IMG/VR virus record: IMGVR_UViG_3300044624_001054
Location: 32,001 to 96,000 of that record
Origin: a virus
Length of the DNA: 64,000 bases
Strand: one strand, 5' to 3'
The translations under genes and the position numbers were made by a program. Positions 16,805-25,776 of the stretch are shown piece by piece; position 1 is the first letter of the stretch, and each line of letters begins with the position of its first letter. The notes under the pieces were generated by a model, which saw nothing but the letters and a program-made list of their open reading frames with translations, was not told the DNA's origin and did not search any database.

Positions 16805-16835
16805 AGTTCAGCCTCCCAAGCATTTTATAAATCTA

Positions 16836-17993
16836 TTATACCTTAAGCAAAGGAATTTTTTCTTTCTTGGATTCCTTAGCCTTTATGTCAATGAGTTCGA
16901 TAGCCTCTGACCATTTATATTTAACTGTAAATATATTATATTTCTCTGCTACAGTTTTATAATTTTTCTCCCGCTCAAATTCCCTGACTTCTGGGTCTAG
17001 CAATTGTTTAAGATTCTTTAGCCACTCTTTATTATTTTTAGCGACTCTTCCTGCCCCAGCATCTGCCAGGTCACGATATTCCTGTGTGTTGGAGGCTACA
17101 AATGGCACCCCCGAAAGGGCATACTCAAGCCCCTTGAGATTACTCTTAGCCTCATTAAATGGGCTAGGTTGTAGAGGAACAATTCCAATATCCATAGGCA
17201 TAAATAGATTGCCATAGTACTCTGGCCTAGCACCAGTATAGCCAGTAATTTTATCTGGATCTATATTTAATGCTTCTGCCGCCCACTTTGGTCTATCTAA
17301 CATGATTCCAGAATGATGAAATCTTAAATCATTCTGCTCAATAACAGTTTTTAGTGGAGCAGAGACTTCAACAAGGTCATTTACTCGCCACATCATTATG
17401 CCTACCCAGCCAACAGTAGGTTTATTTCCAGATAAATCAATGCGGTACATAAACGATCTTGGGTCTAATGAATTAGGAACAATATAAACATTATCGTTAT
17501 ACTGAAGCATTCTTTTTTCTAAGAATTTGGTGCTTGCAATAATTCCATCAGCGGCGGAGTAGGTAGCAATTAGATGCGCCCTATTATTATCTGGAAACTT
17601 CTCTGGATCTGTAGTGATAAAGGCTAGGTTATCTTCTGGAAGTTGCTCAAAATGATCATCAGTATCGACAATTACTGTTTGCCCTAATTTTCTGGCTTCT
17701 CTAATATACTTTGGCGCATCCTTGTGCATAAAAAGTTTGAGAATAACTACGTCTAACTTATCAAAGCACCAGTCATAATTTTTAATTACACCAATTCTTC
17801 CAGCCTTTAATCTTTCATAGGGCTTAACTGCAACAAAACCTTCCCCATCCTTCCACCCAATTTCACCAACCATAGTTTCATGACCGATTTGATTAAGATT
17901 ATGTGCGGGAAGCATCATGCGTATGTTAGTACAGCCACCAGGCTGACCTTCTATATGGTCCCCCCAGTCGGTGGACAAAAAACCTATTCTCAT
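16836..17993 (-). CDS. Glycosyltransferase, GT-B/family 4-like
   Basis: DTDD, VGWVG, DIGIVPL..FNEAKSNLKGLEYALSGVPFVAS. Confidence 0.85.
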   Translation of the reverse strand: MRIGFLSTDWGDHIEGQPGGCTNIRMMLPAHNLNQIGHETMVGEIGWKDGEGFVAVKPYERLKAGRIGVIKNYDWCFDKLDVVILKLFMHKDAPKYIREARKLGQTVIVDTDDHFEQLPEDNLAFITTDPEKFPDNNRAHLIATYSAADGIIASTKFLEKRMLQYNDNVYIVPNSLDPRSFMYRIDLSGNKPTVGWVGIMMWRVNDLVEVSAPLKTVIEQNDLRFHHSGIMLDRPKWAAEALNIDPDKITGYTGARPEYYGNLFMPMDIGIVPLQPSPFNEAKSNLKGLEYALSGVPFVASNTQEYRDLADAGAGRVAKNNKEWLKNLKQLLDPEVREFEREKNYKTVAEKYNIFTVKYKWSEAIELIDIKAKESKKEKIPLLKV

Positions 17994-18001
17994 TGATTTC
18001 C

Positions 18002-18343
18002 TTAAGATCTGTCTTGAACGACTATAAAAGAAAGAGAGATGGATGATCCATTAGTAATGCTTGAGGTCACATCTCTAAAATATATTGTAGCAGTTTGGCA
18101 GTTGGCTGCAACAGAATAACTATAAGAAAGTTTTGCTCTGGATGATTCGGCAGAATCCAACTGGCCTATAGTAATATAAGTTTTTGCAGCAGCGCCACTA
18201 TGCATAGTAGAAGGTAGGTTGATGGTAGCACTACCTAAATAACTTGTTATATTAGTAGAAGTAACAGAACCAAAATGTAACTCTCTTGGTGATAACGAGG
18301 CCACATTATTTGATAAATTAATTGTTACGCTTGCACTATACAT
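18002..18343 (-). CDS. Ser/Thr-rich beta protein, probably virion-associated
   Basis: ORF track; composition. Confidence 0.55.
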   Translation of the reverse strand: MYSASVTINLSNNVASLSPRELHFGSVTSTNITSYLGSATINLPSTMHSGAAAKTYITIGQLDSAESSRAKLSYSYSVAANCQTATIYFRDVTSSITNGSSISLSFIVVQDRS

Positions 18344-18349
18344 ATTTTT

Positions 18350-18742
18350 TTAATCAGAGAGTTTCGACTCTACCGATATATCTCCTTTTGCAAAAGTGAA
18401 TCGATCATTCCTACCATTATGAACTAATGAAAATTCATACACGGCGCTCGCGGTAGAAAGTAATTCTGTGCTTAGTAAATTACTAATGGTTACTTCTGTA
18501 ATTCCATTGGCTGTTTGTGCTGGGCTAACTACTGTTTCGTTAGTTGTCGGTGAAATAGATATTCCTGTAGGAGTAACATCTACAAGAGATGAGTTCTGTT
18601 TATTATAAATTTTAAATTGCCAACTTCCAGTAGTAGAATACACAGCATTATCTGGATTTAGTATTTTGAATGATATCTTAGATGTGTCCCCAGCATACAG
18701 CAATAAATCAATTACTTCTGGTCCAAACTCTATGTTTCCCAT
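18350..18742 (-). CDS. Hypothetical protein, probably structural; leaderless start
   Basis: TGATATAAT 6 nt before the ATG. Confidence 0.6.
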   Translation of the reverse strand: MGNIEFGPEVIDLLLYAGDTSKISFKILNPDNAVYSTTGSWQFKIYNKQNSSLVDVTPTGISISPTTNETVVSPAQTANGITEVTISNLLSTELLSTASAVYEFSLVHNGRNDRFTFAKGDISVESKLSD

Positions 18743-18774
18743 ATAAAAATTATATCATCATTAATCTATTTAAT

Positions 18775-18829
18775 ATGGTATGGCGGGGGAGTTGCCGCAC
18801 ATTTTATTGTGTTTCCCCCGCCATACCGT
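18775..18829 (-). terminator. Strong hairpin / probable terminator
   Basis: ATGGTATGGCGGGGGA...TCCCCCGCCATACCGT just after the transglycosylase-like gene. Confidence 0.6.
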
Positions 18830-18836
18830 GATAAAA

Positions 18837-19460
18837 CTATATTTTTTCAGGTGTGCATTTCTTAGGGAATAGTGACCATCCAGTATTGAACGGTGCAATC
18901 ACCCATGAATATGTCAATGAAGATCCCCAGAGGGAATAATACATTCCTGCATCAACATACCATGAGTCCTTCTTATGAGAATATCCATACCCCCAGTTAT
19001 GCATTAAGCCATGATCAAAGAAGTGTTTCTTTACAATTACGGCTTGTTGATATCTATCTAACATTGCAGACCTGGACCACCAAGATTTTCCAGACCAAGC
19101 GCTGGTCTGTATCTGGGCCCACCCTAGGGCACCTGAATACCAAGGTGAACTTTCATCTAGGCTCTGATGCTTAGACTCACGGTAGGTAATAGCCCACATT
19201 CCTCTAAGCATTCCAGGCTTTGTAAATCCTGCCTTAAAAAGAATTTTTGATGGCTTGTCATTACACTTTTCTGGTAACGTCCAAACCTTTTCTTTTTGCG
19301 CTGTTCTTTCTAGTGTATCAGCGGTGGCAGGATTACCTGCACTTTCCGCCAAGGGCGCAGACTTAGCATACGCCATGCTTGGTGCAGCAATAAAAGTAAT
19401 TGCCAAAACTGCGGCGGCAATCCAATCTACTGCCAAACCAATTTGGTTTTTTGTCGTCAT
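18837..19460 (-). CDS. Secreted lytic transglycosylase (SLT/lysozyme-like) protein
   Basis: Signal/TM N-terminus; MWAITYRES catalytic Glu motif and GWAQI; AAGGAGG RBS; TTGACT-N17-TAGAGT promoter. Confidence 0.65.
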   Translation of the reverse strand: MTTKNQIGLAVDWIAAAVLAITFIAAPSMAYAKSAPLAESAGNPATADTLERTAQKEKVWTLPEKCNDKPSKILFKAGFTKPGMLRGMWAITYRESKHQSLDESSPWYSGALGWAQIQTSAWSGKSWWSRSAMLDRYQQAVIVKKHFFDHGLMHNWGYGYSHKKDSWYVDAGMYYSLWGSSLTYSWVIAPFNTGWSLFPKKCTPEKI

Positions 19461-19519
19461 GTTGACCTCCTTGGGCGGCAACAGTATTCTACTCTACAGT
19501 AGAAATTTATATAAGTCAA

Positions 19520-19843
19520 TTAATTATAGTAATCTGCATGACCACTATCAATCATTAATTTGTTTATACTAGATATTTGATCGGCAATAAATATTTCTCC
19601 CAGAACCCGACCATATTTATCGTCTTTATCTAATTGTGTTTTTATGGTTACAGTAGATCCTGCTGGCAGAGTTTTTGTTAAAAATTCTGCCGATCTTTTA
19701 CCTGGCTCAGTATATTTTTCTGGAGCATCAATAAGGGAAAGTCTCACCCTTTTAGTAATTTTTATATGAAATCCCAGGTCGATTATTAAATCGACTGTAT
19801 CGCCATCCACAACCCTGGAAACTTCTGCACTATATGTATACAT
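19520..19843 (-). CDS. Staphylococcal nuclease (thermonuclease)-like protein
   Basis: RVVDGDT, RL..IDAPE, DKYGRVLG, INKLMI..GHA. Confidence 0.88.
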   Translation of the reverse strand: MYTYSAEVSRVVDGDTVDLIIDLGFHIKITKRVRLSLIDAPEKYTEPGKRSAEFLTKTLPAGSTVTIKTQLDKDDKYGRVLGEIFIADQISSINKLMIDSGHADYYN

Positions 19844-19951
19844 TTTTATCCCATTTAACAATTTCAATCATATTATTGTAGATATTAATATGAGGTTTCA
19901 TCGTATATTTATTATCTGATTTAATCAAACAATAAAATGTAAAGTATGACA

Positions 19952-20350
19952 TTAAAACGTTGGGCCACACAGATAGTTTTTAGCACCAACAATTAGGGCT
20001 GCGCCAAACTTAGCACCATTATCGTTACCCATATTGTTATTTACTAATGCCTCTGCAAGAATATATGTAATTTCATCTTCAGACAGCCCTTCTGAAAGTC
20101 CAGCGCAGATGGTATTTCCAAGAGAAATAATGTCTGACTCATTGGCAATCTGTCCATACGTCCCGCCGTTTTCTTTAACAAATTGCACAAACTTTTGTGT
20201 GCTTGTTGTGACACCATCATCAACACTTGGTGCTGGAAGGGGCGCTGGCACTTGCTCAGTAATAGTAACGGTTGGTACTGGCTCTGTCTGTGATGTACAT
20301 CCAACTAGTGCCACCGCAGAAATAGCGGCTGCAACAAAAATCTTCTTCAT
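19952..20350 (-). CDS. Lipoprotein, DUF732-like
   Basis: Lipobox LVGC; PTVTIT linker; G..IC..L..G.S and final YLC. Confidence 0.7.
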   Translation of the reverse strand: MKKIFVAAAISAVALVGCTSQTEPVPTVTITEQVPAPLPAPSVDDGVTTSTQKFVQFVKENGGTYGQIANESDIISLGNTICAGLSEGLSEDEITYILAEALVNNNMGNDNGAKFGAALIVGAKNYLCGPTF

Positions 20351-20421
20351 ATTAATCCTTTTCTATAAATGACTTGCCCACGATACTAAGCATATAGTAA
20401 TCGTGGGCGGTGTGTCAATAA

Positions 20422-20580
20422 TTATGACTGGCGAGAAAAGATAGCATCAATTTCTGCTACATGGGACGGGCCAAATCGTGCAGCCTCATGCCTTGCTCTT
20501 TCCCATTCACTCTGAAGTTTATAGTTGCTTGTGGCATCTGTCTTAAACATTCCAGAGAAAAGTATTCCAAGTGCTTTCAT
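20422..20580 (-). CDS. 52-aa hypothetical protein with its own promoter
   Basis: Hand-translated MKALGILF...EIDAIFSRQS; AAGGAGG RBS; TTGACC-N17-TAAGAT at 20637-20609. Confidence 0.7.
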   Translation of the reverse strand: MKALGILFSGMFKTDATSNYKLQSEWERARHEAARFGPSHVAEIDAIFSRQS

Positions 20581-20663
20581 TATATCCTCCTTGTGGGTTG
20601 ATACTTTAATCTTATCAGGGTAACTCTAAGGGGTCAAGTTTAGAAGGCTTTTTGTGACCAGCC

Positions 20664-20837
20664 TCACTCATCATGGTCCCACCGAATAATCATCATTGCA
20701 TATTTCAGCCCCTGTCTAAACCATTCTGATTGTTGAGAATATTCTTCCATGTATGGGGCTTCAATACATTCTTCTATCTGTTCTGAAAATCTGTCCCGCC
20801 AATATTTTTGGCATTCATTATCACTATGCATTTCCAT
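20664..20837 (-). CDS. Hypothetical protein
   Basis: Part of the track ORF lying downstream of tRNA-Asn. Confidence 0.5.
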   Translation of the reverse strand: MEMHSDNECQKYWRDRFSEQIEECIEAPYMEEYSQQSEWFRQGLKYAMMIIRWDHDE

Positions 20838-20838
20838 G

Positions 20839-20910
20839 CTGGCCTGGTAGGATTCGAACCTACAACCCATCGGTTAACAGCCGATTGCGCTGCCATTGCG
20901 CCACAGACCA
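20839..20910 (-). tRNA. tRNA-Asn(GTT)
   Basis: Acceptor TGGTCTG/CAGGCCA, anticodon arm ATCGG-CT GTT AA-CCGAT, T loop GTTCGAATC. Confidence 0.93.
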
Positions 20911-20922
20911 CTACTTAAAACG

Positions 20923-20993
20923 CTGGAGAATCAGGGGTCGAACCTAAACTAAATGTTCCAAAGACATTTGTGCTGCCATTACACCATTCTCCA
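20923..20993 (-). tRNA. tRNA-Gln(TTG)
   Basis: Acceptor TGGAGAA/TTCTCCA, anticodon arm AATGT-CT TTG GA-ACATT, GTTCGAC. Confidence 0.88.
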
Positions 20994-20996
20994 TAA

Positions 20997-21098
20997 CCGA
21001 TGTGCCAGCGGGTAACTACACCATCCCAAGGTTTTCTGCACGTTTGACTAACTTCATGCTGGTATCAACCGCGTAACTCGGCATTGCTGGCACATCGG
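20997..21098 (-). ncRNA. Unidentified ~102-nt structured RNA
   Basis: 13-bp perfect terminal stem CCGATGTGCCAGC/GCTGGCACATCGG filling the gap between a stop codon and tRNA-Gln. Confidence 0.55.
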
Positions 21099-21101
21099 GG
21101 C

Positions 21102-21476
21102 CTATTCTGTTATATCGAAAGCGGAGCCTTTCCACATTTTATTGGATGACTCTCTTCTCCTCATAATAGCATTCCTCTTCGATTCTGCCCAGGATCTTCC
21201 TGAGTCTCCTCCCCAAAGAAGCCATGCGATAAGACCATTAGATGGATACCCCTCCTCACCTTGACTCCACCCCTTGCCTTTTTTATCAACGGCGTGGCGG
21301 CTAAAGAATGAATGCATCCTTAATACTGTAGACTCACTTAGATTCTTTTTATTAGCAATGTCTCTTGCGCGTGCAATTCCTACTGAGGTTCCCCCACGAT
21401 TAAATTCGTCGCGCAAGGCTAGGCCACGACGGGCATTAGATGCCATGGAATCTGTTGGAACATATGATTCAGCCAT
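21102..21476 (-). CDS. Conserved-looking phage protein, possibly head-associated
   Basis: GGTSVGIARA, RMHSFFSRH, IAWLLWGG motifs. Confidence 0.65.
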   Translation of the reverse strand: MAESYVPTDSMASNARRGLALRDEFNRGGTSVGIARARDIANKKNLSESTVLRMHSFFSRHAVDKKGKGWSQGEEGYPSNGLIAWLLWGGDSGRSWAESKRNAIMRRRESSNKMWKGSAFDITE

Positions 21477-21604
21477 CGTATTTCTCCCATCTCCAAAAAC
21501 TTATATAGTATGCATGAAAATGTGTATCACAAGCATGAGTCTTGGTTTCATTTCTTTCTCCAACCCATGCCGCTGGTTGTTCACAAAATCTGCATTCCAT
21601 AATA

Positions 21605-22165
21605 TTATAGCATTCCAAGTTTGGTCGCATAATCATACATCATAATTCCGCTAGCGACACTAACGTTAAGACTCCTGACGCTACCAAGTTGTGGAATCAT
21701 TACAATATCATCAGCCATGCCAAGCCCCATTGGACTTACCCCTCGCGCCTCTTCACCAAAAATCATAAATGTATTGGGACTCCATTCATATTGAGTGACA
21801 GGAATAGCACCAGGAACATTATCTACTGCTACCCACCGCATATCCCTAATATGAGGCTCATTAAGATAAATATGGTCTAGTGACGGTGCATATTTGAGAT
21901 GAATATAATTTTGTGTTCCTACCGCGCCACGGCGGTCCCATCTTTTGTTACCAATGATCCAGGATTCTTTTGCTAGAAACGCATTAGAGTTTCTAATTCC
22001 AGACGCTTTATTAAAGTCTCCAGAAATATTCTCAAACCCTACAACGAATGGAAGACGCTTAGTATCAAGGTCCGCCTTTATCTGATCATTCTCCCACTCT
22101 TTATAATAGTCAATCACGTTCCTTGTATCCTGGGTCAGGGAATCCACCGTTCCACTCTCCTCCAT
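21605..22165 (-). CDS. SpoU/TrmH-family (SPOUT) RNA 2'-O-methyltransferase
   Basis: N.SGIRNSNAF, IFGEEARGVS, IPQLGSVRSLNVSVASGI. Confidence 0.88.
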   Translation of the reverse strand: MEESGTVDSLTQDTRNVIDYYKEWENDQIKADLDTKRLPFVVGFENISGDFNKASGIRNSNAFLAKESWIIGNKRWDRRGAVGTQNYIHLKYAPSLDHIYLNEPHIRDMRWVAVDNVPGAIPVTQYEWSPNTFMIFGEEARGVSPMGLGMADDIVMIPQLGSVRSLNVSVASGIMMYDYATKLGML

Positions 22166-22490
22166 TGTACGCTCCTGTGCTATAGATTAAATACATCATT
22201 GATTTTTCATCTTCATTAAGTTCATCTGCCTGCACCCAGTCTTCAGATTTATTAGTAAGATAGATGAAGGCATTGCCGTCCTCGTCCATTTTTAAATCTA
22301 TGAATCCTTTGAACCATAGGGAGTTCAATATGTCTGAATCCATCTGTCGCATCCACTCTACAAGTTCTTGTTGTTCTTTGTAAAATAGTTCAGTAACTTT
22401 ATATACTGGATCTCCAACAGGATTATATCCTACCACCTCAATGTACCCTCGTTCAAGCATTATCTCTATTAACTCTTCATTCATATCCAT
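22110..22490 (-). CDS. Hypothetical protein
   Basis: ORF track. Confidence 0.65.
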   Translation of the reverse strand: MDMNEELIEIMLERGYIEVVGYNPVGDPVYKVTELFYKEQQELVEWMRQMDSDILNSLWFKGFIDLKMDEDGNAFIYLTNKSEDWVQADELNEDEKSMMYLIYSTGAYNGGEWNGGFPDPGYKERD

Positions 22491-22491
22491 G

Positions 22492-24270
22492 TTAAACCAT
22501 CCCTATAGATTGGATATAGTCATCTATATTGTTTTGTCCGCCTGATGGAGGCTGAATGATATTTCTTTTTGCCTCTTGCTCTCTCTGATCTCTGATAAAT
22601 TGTTTATATGTGTGGACTTCTATCTCAACCTCGCCAGATTCTTTTCTGGTGTTAGATATAGAATTATAAATAGATCCACATACAGCATCAGATAGGTCTT
22701 TACTTCCCTTTCTAGGATGGTCAACTTTATCACGAATGATTCTTAACTGCAATAGTTCGTCAGTAAGAAGTTTAATGCTTGGGCCAATGATTCTTTCTTC
22801 TCCCACCAACATAGCCATATCATCATAGTGTTTTTTTGCTACAGATAATGTCTCTGTCTCTATACCAATCATTCTAAGTTCTGTCATAATATCGTGAGAG
22901 TTCCATCTATCAAAGGTTACCTTTTTAATATTAAAGCCGCGAGACCTAAGATCAATGATGAATTGCTTTACTTCAGAGAAGTCTACAGATTTATCTGATG
23001 TGGGTGTCCACCATCTAACACAATCTACAACAACTATTGGGCTTACAACATTATGATTCATAAAACTTTTAAGATGAACCCATCTATCAACGTGGGCCAT
23101 AGCGACGGCGCAATGATCGTGTTTCTGGGCTAGGTCAACATGTATGTAGTATTCTTTTTCATCCTGTGGAATGAACCAATCCTTAAACCTACCGTCATCG
23201 TCTACGCCATTCATTGGCTGATTAAAGCAGGCGAGAATCTTCTCTTTTGATTTAAAGAATGCATCGACTGCATCGGGAGGCATACACGCAAATCTTCCAA
23301 GTGCATCTGTTGGGTTATTGTAAAAAGCAATCTTAAAGTCATTGATTGATCTAGTTGGATTTACTTCCCAGGTTGGTCGCTTTAAGGCAAATACTTTAGG
23401 GTATTTATAAGCATTTATTTGATCTTCTTCCCACTCAATCGTGAACTCATTTTCTTTTACACCATCTAGTTCATCATCTAATTTGAAAGTATGAGATCTA
23501 ATAACTACATCTTTATCGGCAATAACAGCGTTGTATCTTTGCTGAATAAAATCATCACGATACCTAGGGAATGAAAGAAGAACAACCTTCCCAACATCTG
23601 GGAATCGTGAATCTACGGAGGCTCTATACATATCATAGATCGCCTGACCAGTCTTTGCCTGCTCGTTACCACTTGTTGAGACTGTGCTAAAACCAGAGAT
23701 CTCGTCCAGGATCACGCAGATAACATTGTAGCCCTCCCAGGACTCTCGCTCCGAATGTCCTGAGTGACATGTAATAGATTTATCAAATGATACACTCTGA
23801 GCGGTAATGTTGTACTTTCCAACAAACCAAGGAGAGTCTTCAATCCTTTTACGGAAACCTTTGAAGAATACGTTCTTTGCCTGTTCAGAGTTAATAGCGA
23901 TATTAATAATATCAATCGAGTCACCAGGGGGCTTACCAAAATATTTAGCAGGGTCTTTTAAGCACAGCAATAAATATACAAGGTAGGTCACAGAGATAGT
24001 GGAAATATAATCTTTTCCACTTCCCTTTCCAAGTTGAAGAATAACTTCATTACAGGTTTGACGGCTTCTTTTTACGCCCTCCTCTTCCCCATATAGTTTT
24101 ACCAATGTATCTTTTTTATACACTTGAGTCATGGCTTTGATTGCTTGATATTGAAATGCTGAAAGCGGGGGGAGGTGGAGGTAGTCTTCATTTGTAACAA
24201 ACTCTTCAATGTTTACTGGATGCTCATCAAATTCATCCTCTTCTAGAGCAGAGATAAAATCATCAAACAC
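22492..24270 (-). CDS. terL: Terminase large subunit
   Basis: Walker A GKGSGKD, Walker B VILDE, nuclease HVDLA..D, DHP..SKDLSDA. Confidence 0.88.
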   Translation of the reverse strand: MFDDFISALEEDEFDEHPVNIEEFVTNEDYLHLPPLSAFQYQAIKAMTQVYKKDTLVKLYGEEEGVKRSRQTCNEVILQLGKGSGKDYISTISVTYLVYLLLCLKDPAKYFGKPPGDSIDIINIAINSEQAKNVFFKGFRKRIEDSPWFVGKYNITAQSVSFDKSITCHSGHSERESWEGYNVICVILDEISGFSTVSTSGNEQAKTGQAIYDMYRASVDSRFPDVGKVVLLSFPRYRDDFIQQRYNAVIADKDVVIRSHTFKLDDELDGVKENEFTIEWEEDQINAYKYPKVFALKRPTWEVNPTRSINDFKIAFYNNPTDALGRFACMPPDAVDAFFKSKEKILACFNQPMNGVDDDGRFKDWFIPQDEKEYYIHVDLAQKHDHCAVAMAHVDRWVHLKSFMNHNVVSPIVVVDCVRWWTPTSDKSVDFSEVKQFIIDLRSRGFNIKKVTFDRWNSHDIMTELRMIGIETETLSVAKKHYDDMAMLVGEERIIGPSIKLLTDELLQLRIIRDKVDHPRKGSKDLSDAVCGSIYNSISNTRKESGEVEIEVHTYKQFIRDQREQEAKRNIIQPPSGGQNNIDDYIQSIGMV

Positions 24271-24788
24271 TAGAAGCCCTCTGCCTTACCTGTAACTTCT
24301 TCTAGTCTTTTAAAGACTTCTCTCTTACAATGCTCACAGTCTGCAACGACTTCCTTTAAAATCCTAACTAAGATCTCTTGCTTCCGCTCGGTCTCAATGA
24401 TCTGTTGAGCAATTTCGCTGTCCTCAATAAGGCCAGCCTTCTGAAGCATATCTATTTGTTTTTGCTGGATATCTGCAACAATTTTAATGCCAGCAGTTTT
24501 TTTACCAAGATCCCCGATTGTCCCCGCCTGACTAATAACATCCCAGCCCTCTTCAATAAGCATGGAGTAATGTCTATCTGCGCCAGATAATGCCTCTCTT
24601 GCACGCATCTGAATCTGTCTATCGCTTTGAATAACAGAACGCCACTCGTCAAGATACTCTTGAACCTCTGCTCTTTTAAAGCCAGTAAGTTTAGCGATAG
24701 ATGCTGGATTAGTAGTTCCTTTTAAGAATACATCTACAACCTTATTTATTTTTTCCCACCGTTCGGCAAGAACTATATCAGTTGACAT
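24270..24788 (-). CDS. HTH/helical protein, candidate terminase small subunit
   Basis: N-terminal HTH-like IAKLTGFKRAEV; directly upstream of terL. Confidence 0.5.
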   Translation of the reverse strand: MSTDIVLAERWEKINKVVDVFLKGTTNPASIAKLTGFKRAEVQEYLDEWRSVIQSDRQIQMRAREALSGADRHYSMLIEEGWDVISQAGTIGDLGKKTAGIKIVADIQQKQIDMLQKAGLIEDSEIAQQIIETERKQEILVRILKEVVADCEHCKREVFKRLEEVTGKAEGF

Positions 24789-25080
24789 TCATCTTCTTCC
24801 TAATACTCTTCTTTGCGTGGACCACTCCTTTAAGTTTTTCCACATAGAATGATCTATATTCCCCAGTAGTAGGAGAATAGCAATCTATCCAAGTAACATC
24901 TTTTTTAACATTGTGAGCGAGTCTAATAAATCTAAAAGATCCACGAACATCCTTAAATTTTAAGGAATCACCAGGCTTAATAACTGTTTTACCAAATTTA
25001 AGTTCATAGAACACAGATATGTCTGGATTTACTTTATATGTTGGCAACTCTTCTGAATCACCGACTCTTTTTTTAGACAT
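24778..25080 (-). CDS. Hypothetical protein
   Basis: AAGGAG RBS before MSKKRV. Confidence 0.7.
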   Translation of the reverse strand: MSKKRVGDSEELPTYKVNPDISVFYELKFGKTVIKPGDSLKFKDVRGSFRFIRLAHNVKKDVTWIDCYSPTTGEYRSFYVEKLKGVVHAKKSIRKKMNVN

Positions 25081-25091
25081 GACTCTCCTTG

Positions 25092-25268
25092 TTAGGTGGC
25101 GAATCCACTTCCGCCACGGGTGGGAGCCCAAACCATTCCTGGGGAATCAATGTTTCTGACTAGCCTCAGTCCGCAGTCGGGGCATATAGCATTGTCTCTT
25201 TCTTCCATCTTCATTAACATCTCATGTGACTTATCACAATCAATGCATGTAAATGTGTAAAGCGGCAT
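25092..25268 (-). CDS. FmdB-family zinc-ribbon protein
   Basis: MPLYTFTCIDC...CPDCG...GSGF. Confidence 0.75.
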   Translation of the reverse strand: MPLYTFTCIDCDKSHEMLMKMEERDNAICPDCGLRLVRNIDSPGMVWAPTRGGSGFAT

Positions 25269-25612
25269 TACTTCCATGTCTCCTTAAGTGCAATACTCAA
25301 TAATACCAGATAACCCATCAGGTCGTCAAGGTCGTTCTCCTTAAAGGTATCATCCCCATTCATAAATCTAGATAGTTTATCATCTATACGAACCTTTATC
25401 TGTTCAGTTGTGTCTGATCGTGAAAATATTCTTACTGGGTTAAGCGCTGAGTTACCGTACGATCTATTCTTTTCTATAAGTAAAGAGGTTACTCTAGTAC
25501 ATTCATCTTGAATTGCCATCTCAACGGTGTTACGAGGAATTAATTGCACACCTTCTTTTATATCATCCATAATTTTCTCAGCATACATGCGCTGTAGGTC
25601 TTGTTCAATCAT
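25268..25612 (-). CDS. Nucleotide-modification-associated / dNTP pyrophosphatase-like helical protein
   Basis: KNRSYG...RIDDKLSR...DLMGY. Confidence 0.6.
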   Translation of the reverse strand: MIEQDLQRMYAEKIMDDIKEGVQLIPRNTVEMAIQDECTRVTSLLIEKNRSYGNSALNPVRIFSRSDTTEQIKVRIDDKLSRFMNGDDTFKENDLDDLMGYLVLLSIALKETWK

Positions 25613-25776
25613 TTTTTACCAAACTTTCTTAGGTCACGGATGAGATTATATTTTACTAAGTATCGATAGATAGTCTGATGACTTACCCCGCATTCTTTAG
25701 CAATCTCTTCTAAAGATTTTTTATCTACAAGATATCTTTTTGTAAGGAATGCTTTGTTTTCATATAATTTAGCCAT
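25609..25776 (-). CDS. 55-aa HTH DNA-binding protein
   Basis: Hand-translated; SLEEIAKECGVSHQTIYRYL. Confidence 0.75.
   Translation of the reverse strand: MAKLYENKAFLTKRYLVDKKSLEEIAKECGVSHQTIYRYLVKYNLIRDLRKFGKK

Noticed and set aside
20997-21098. tmRNA or a further tRNA
   Set aside because: Too short for tmRNA, and lacks a T-loop and cloverleaf; retained as an unknown RNA.
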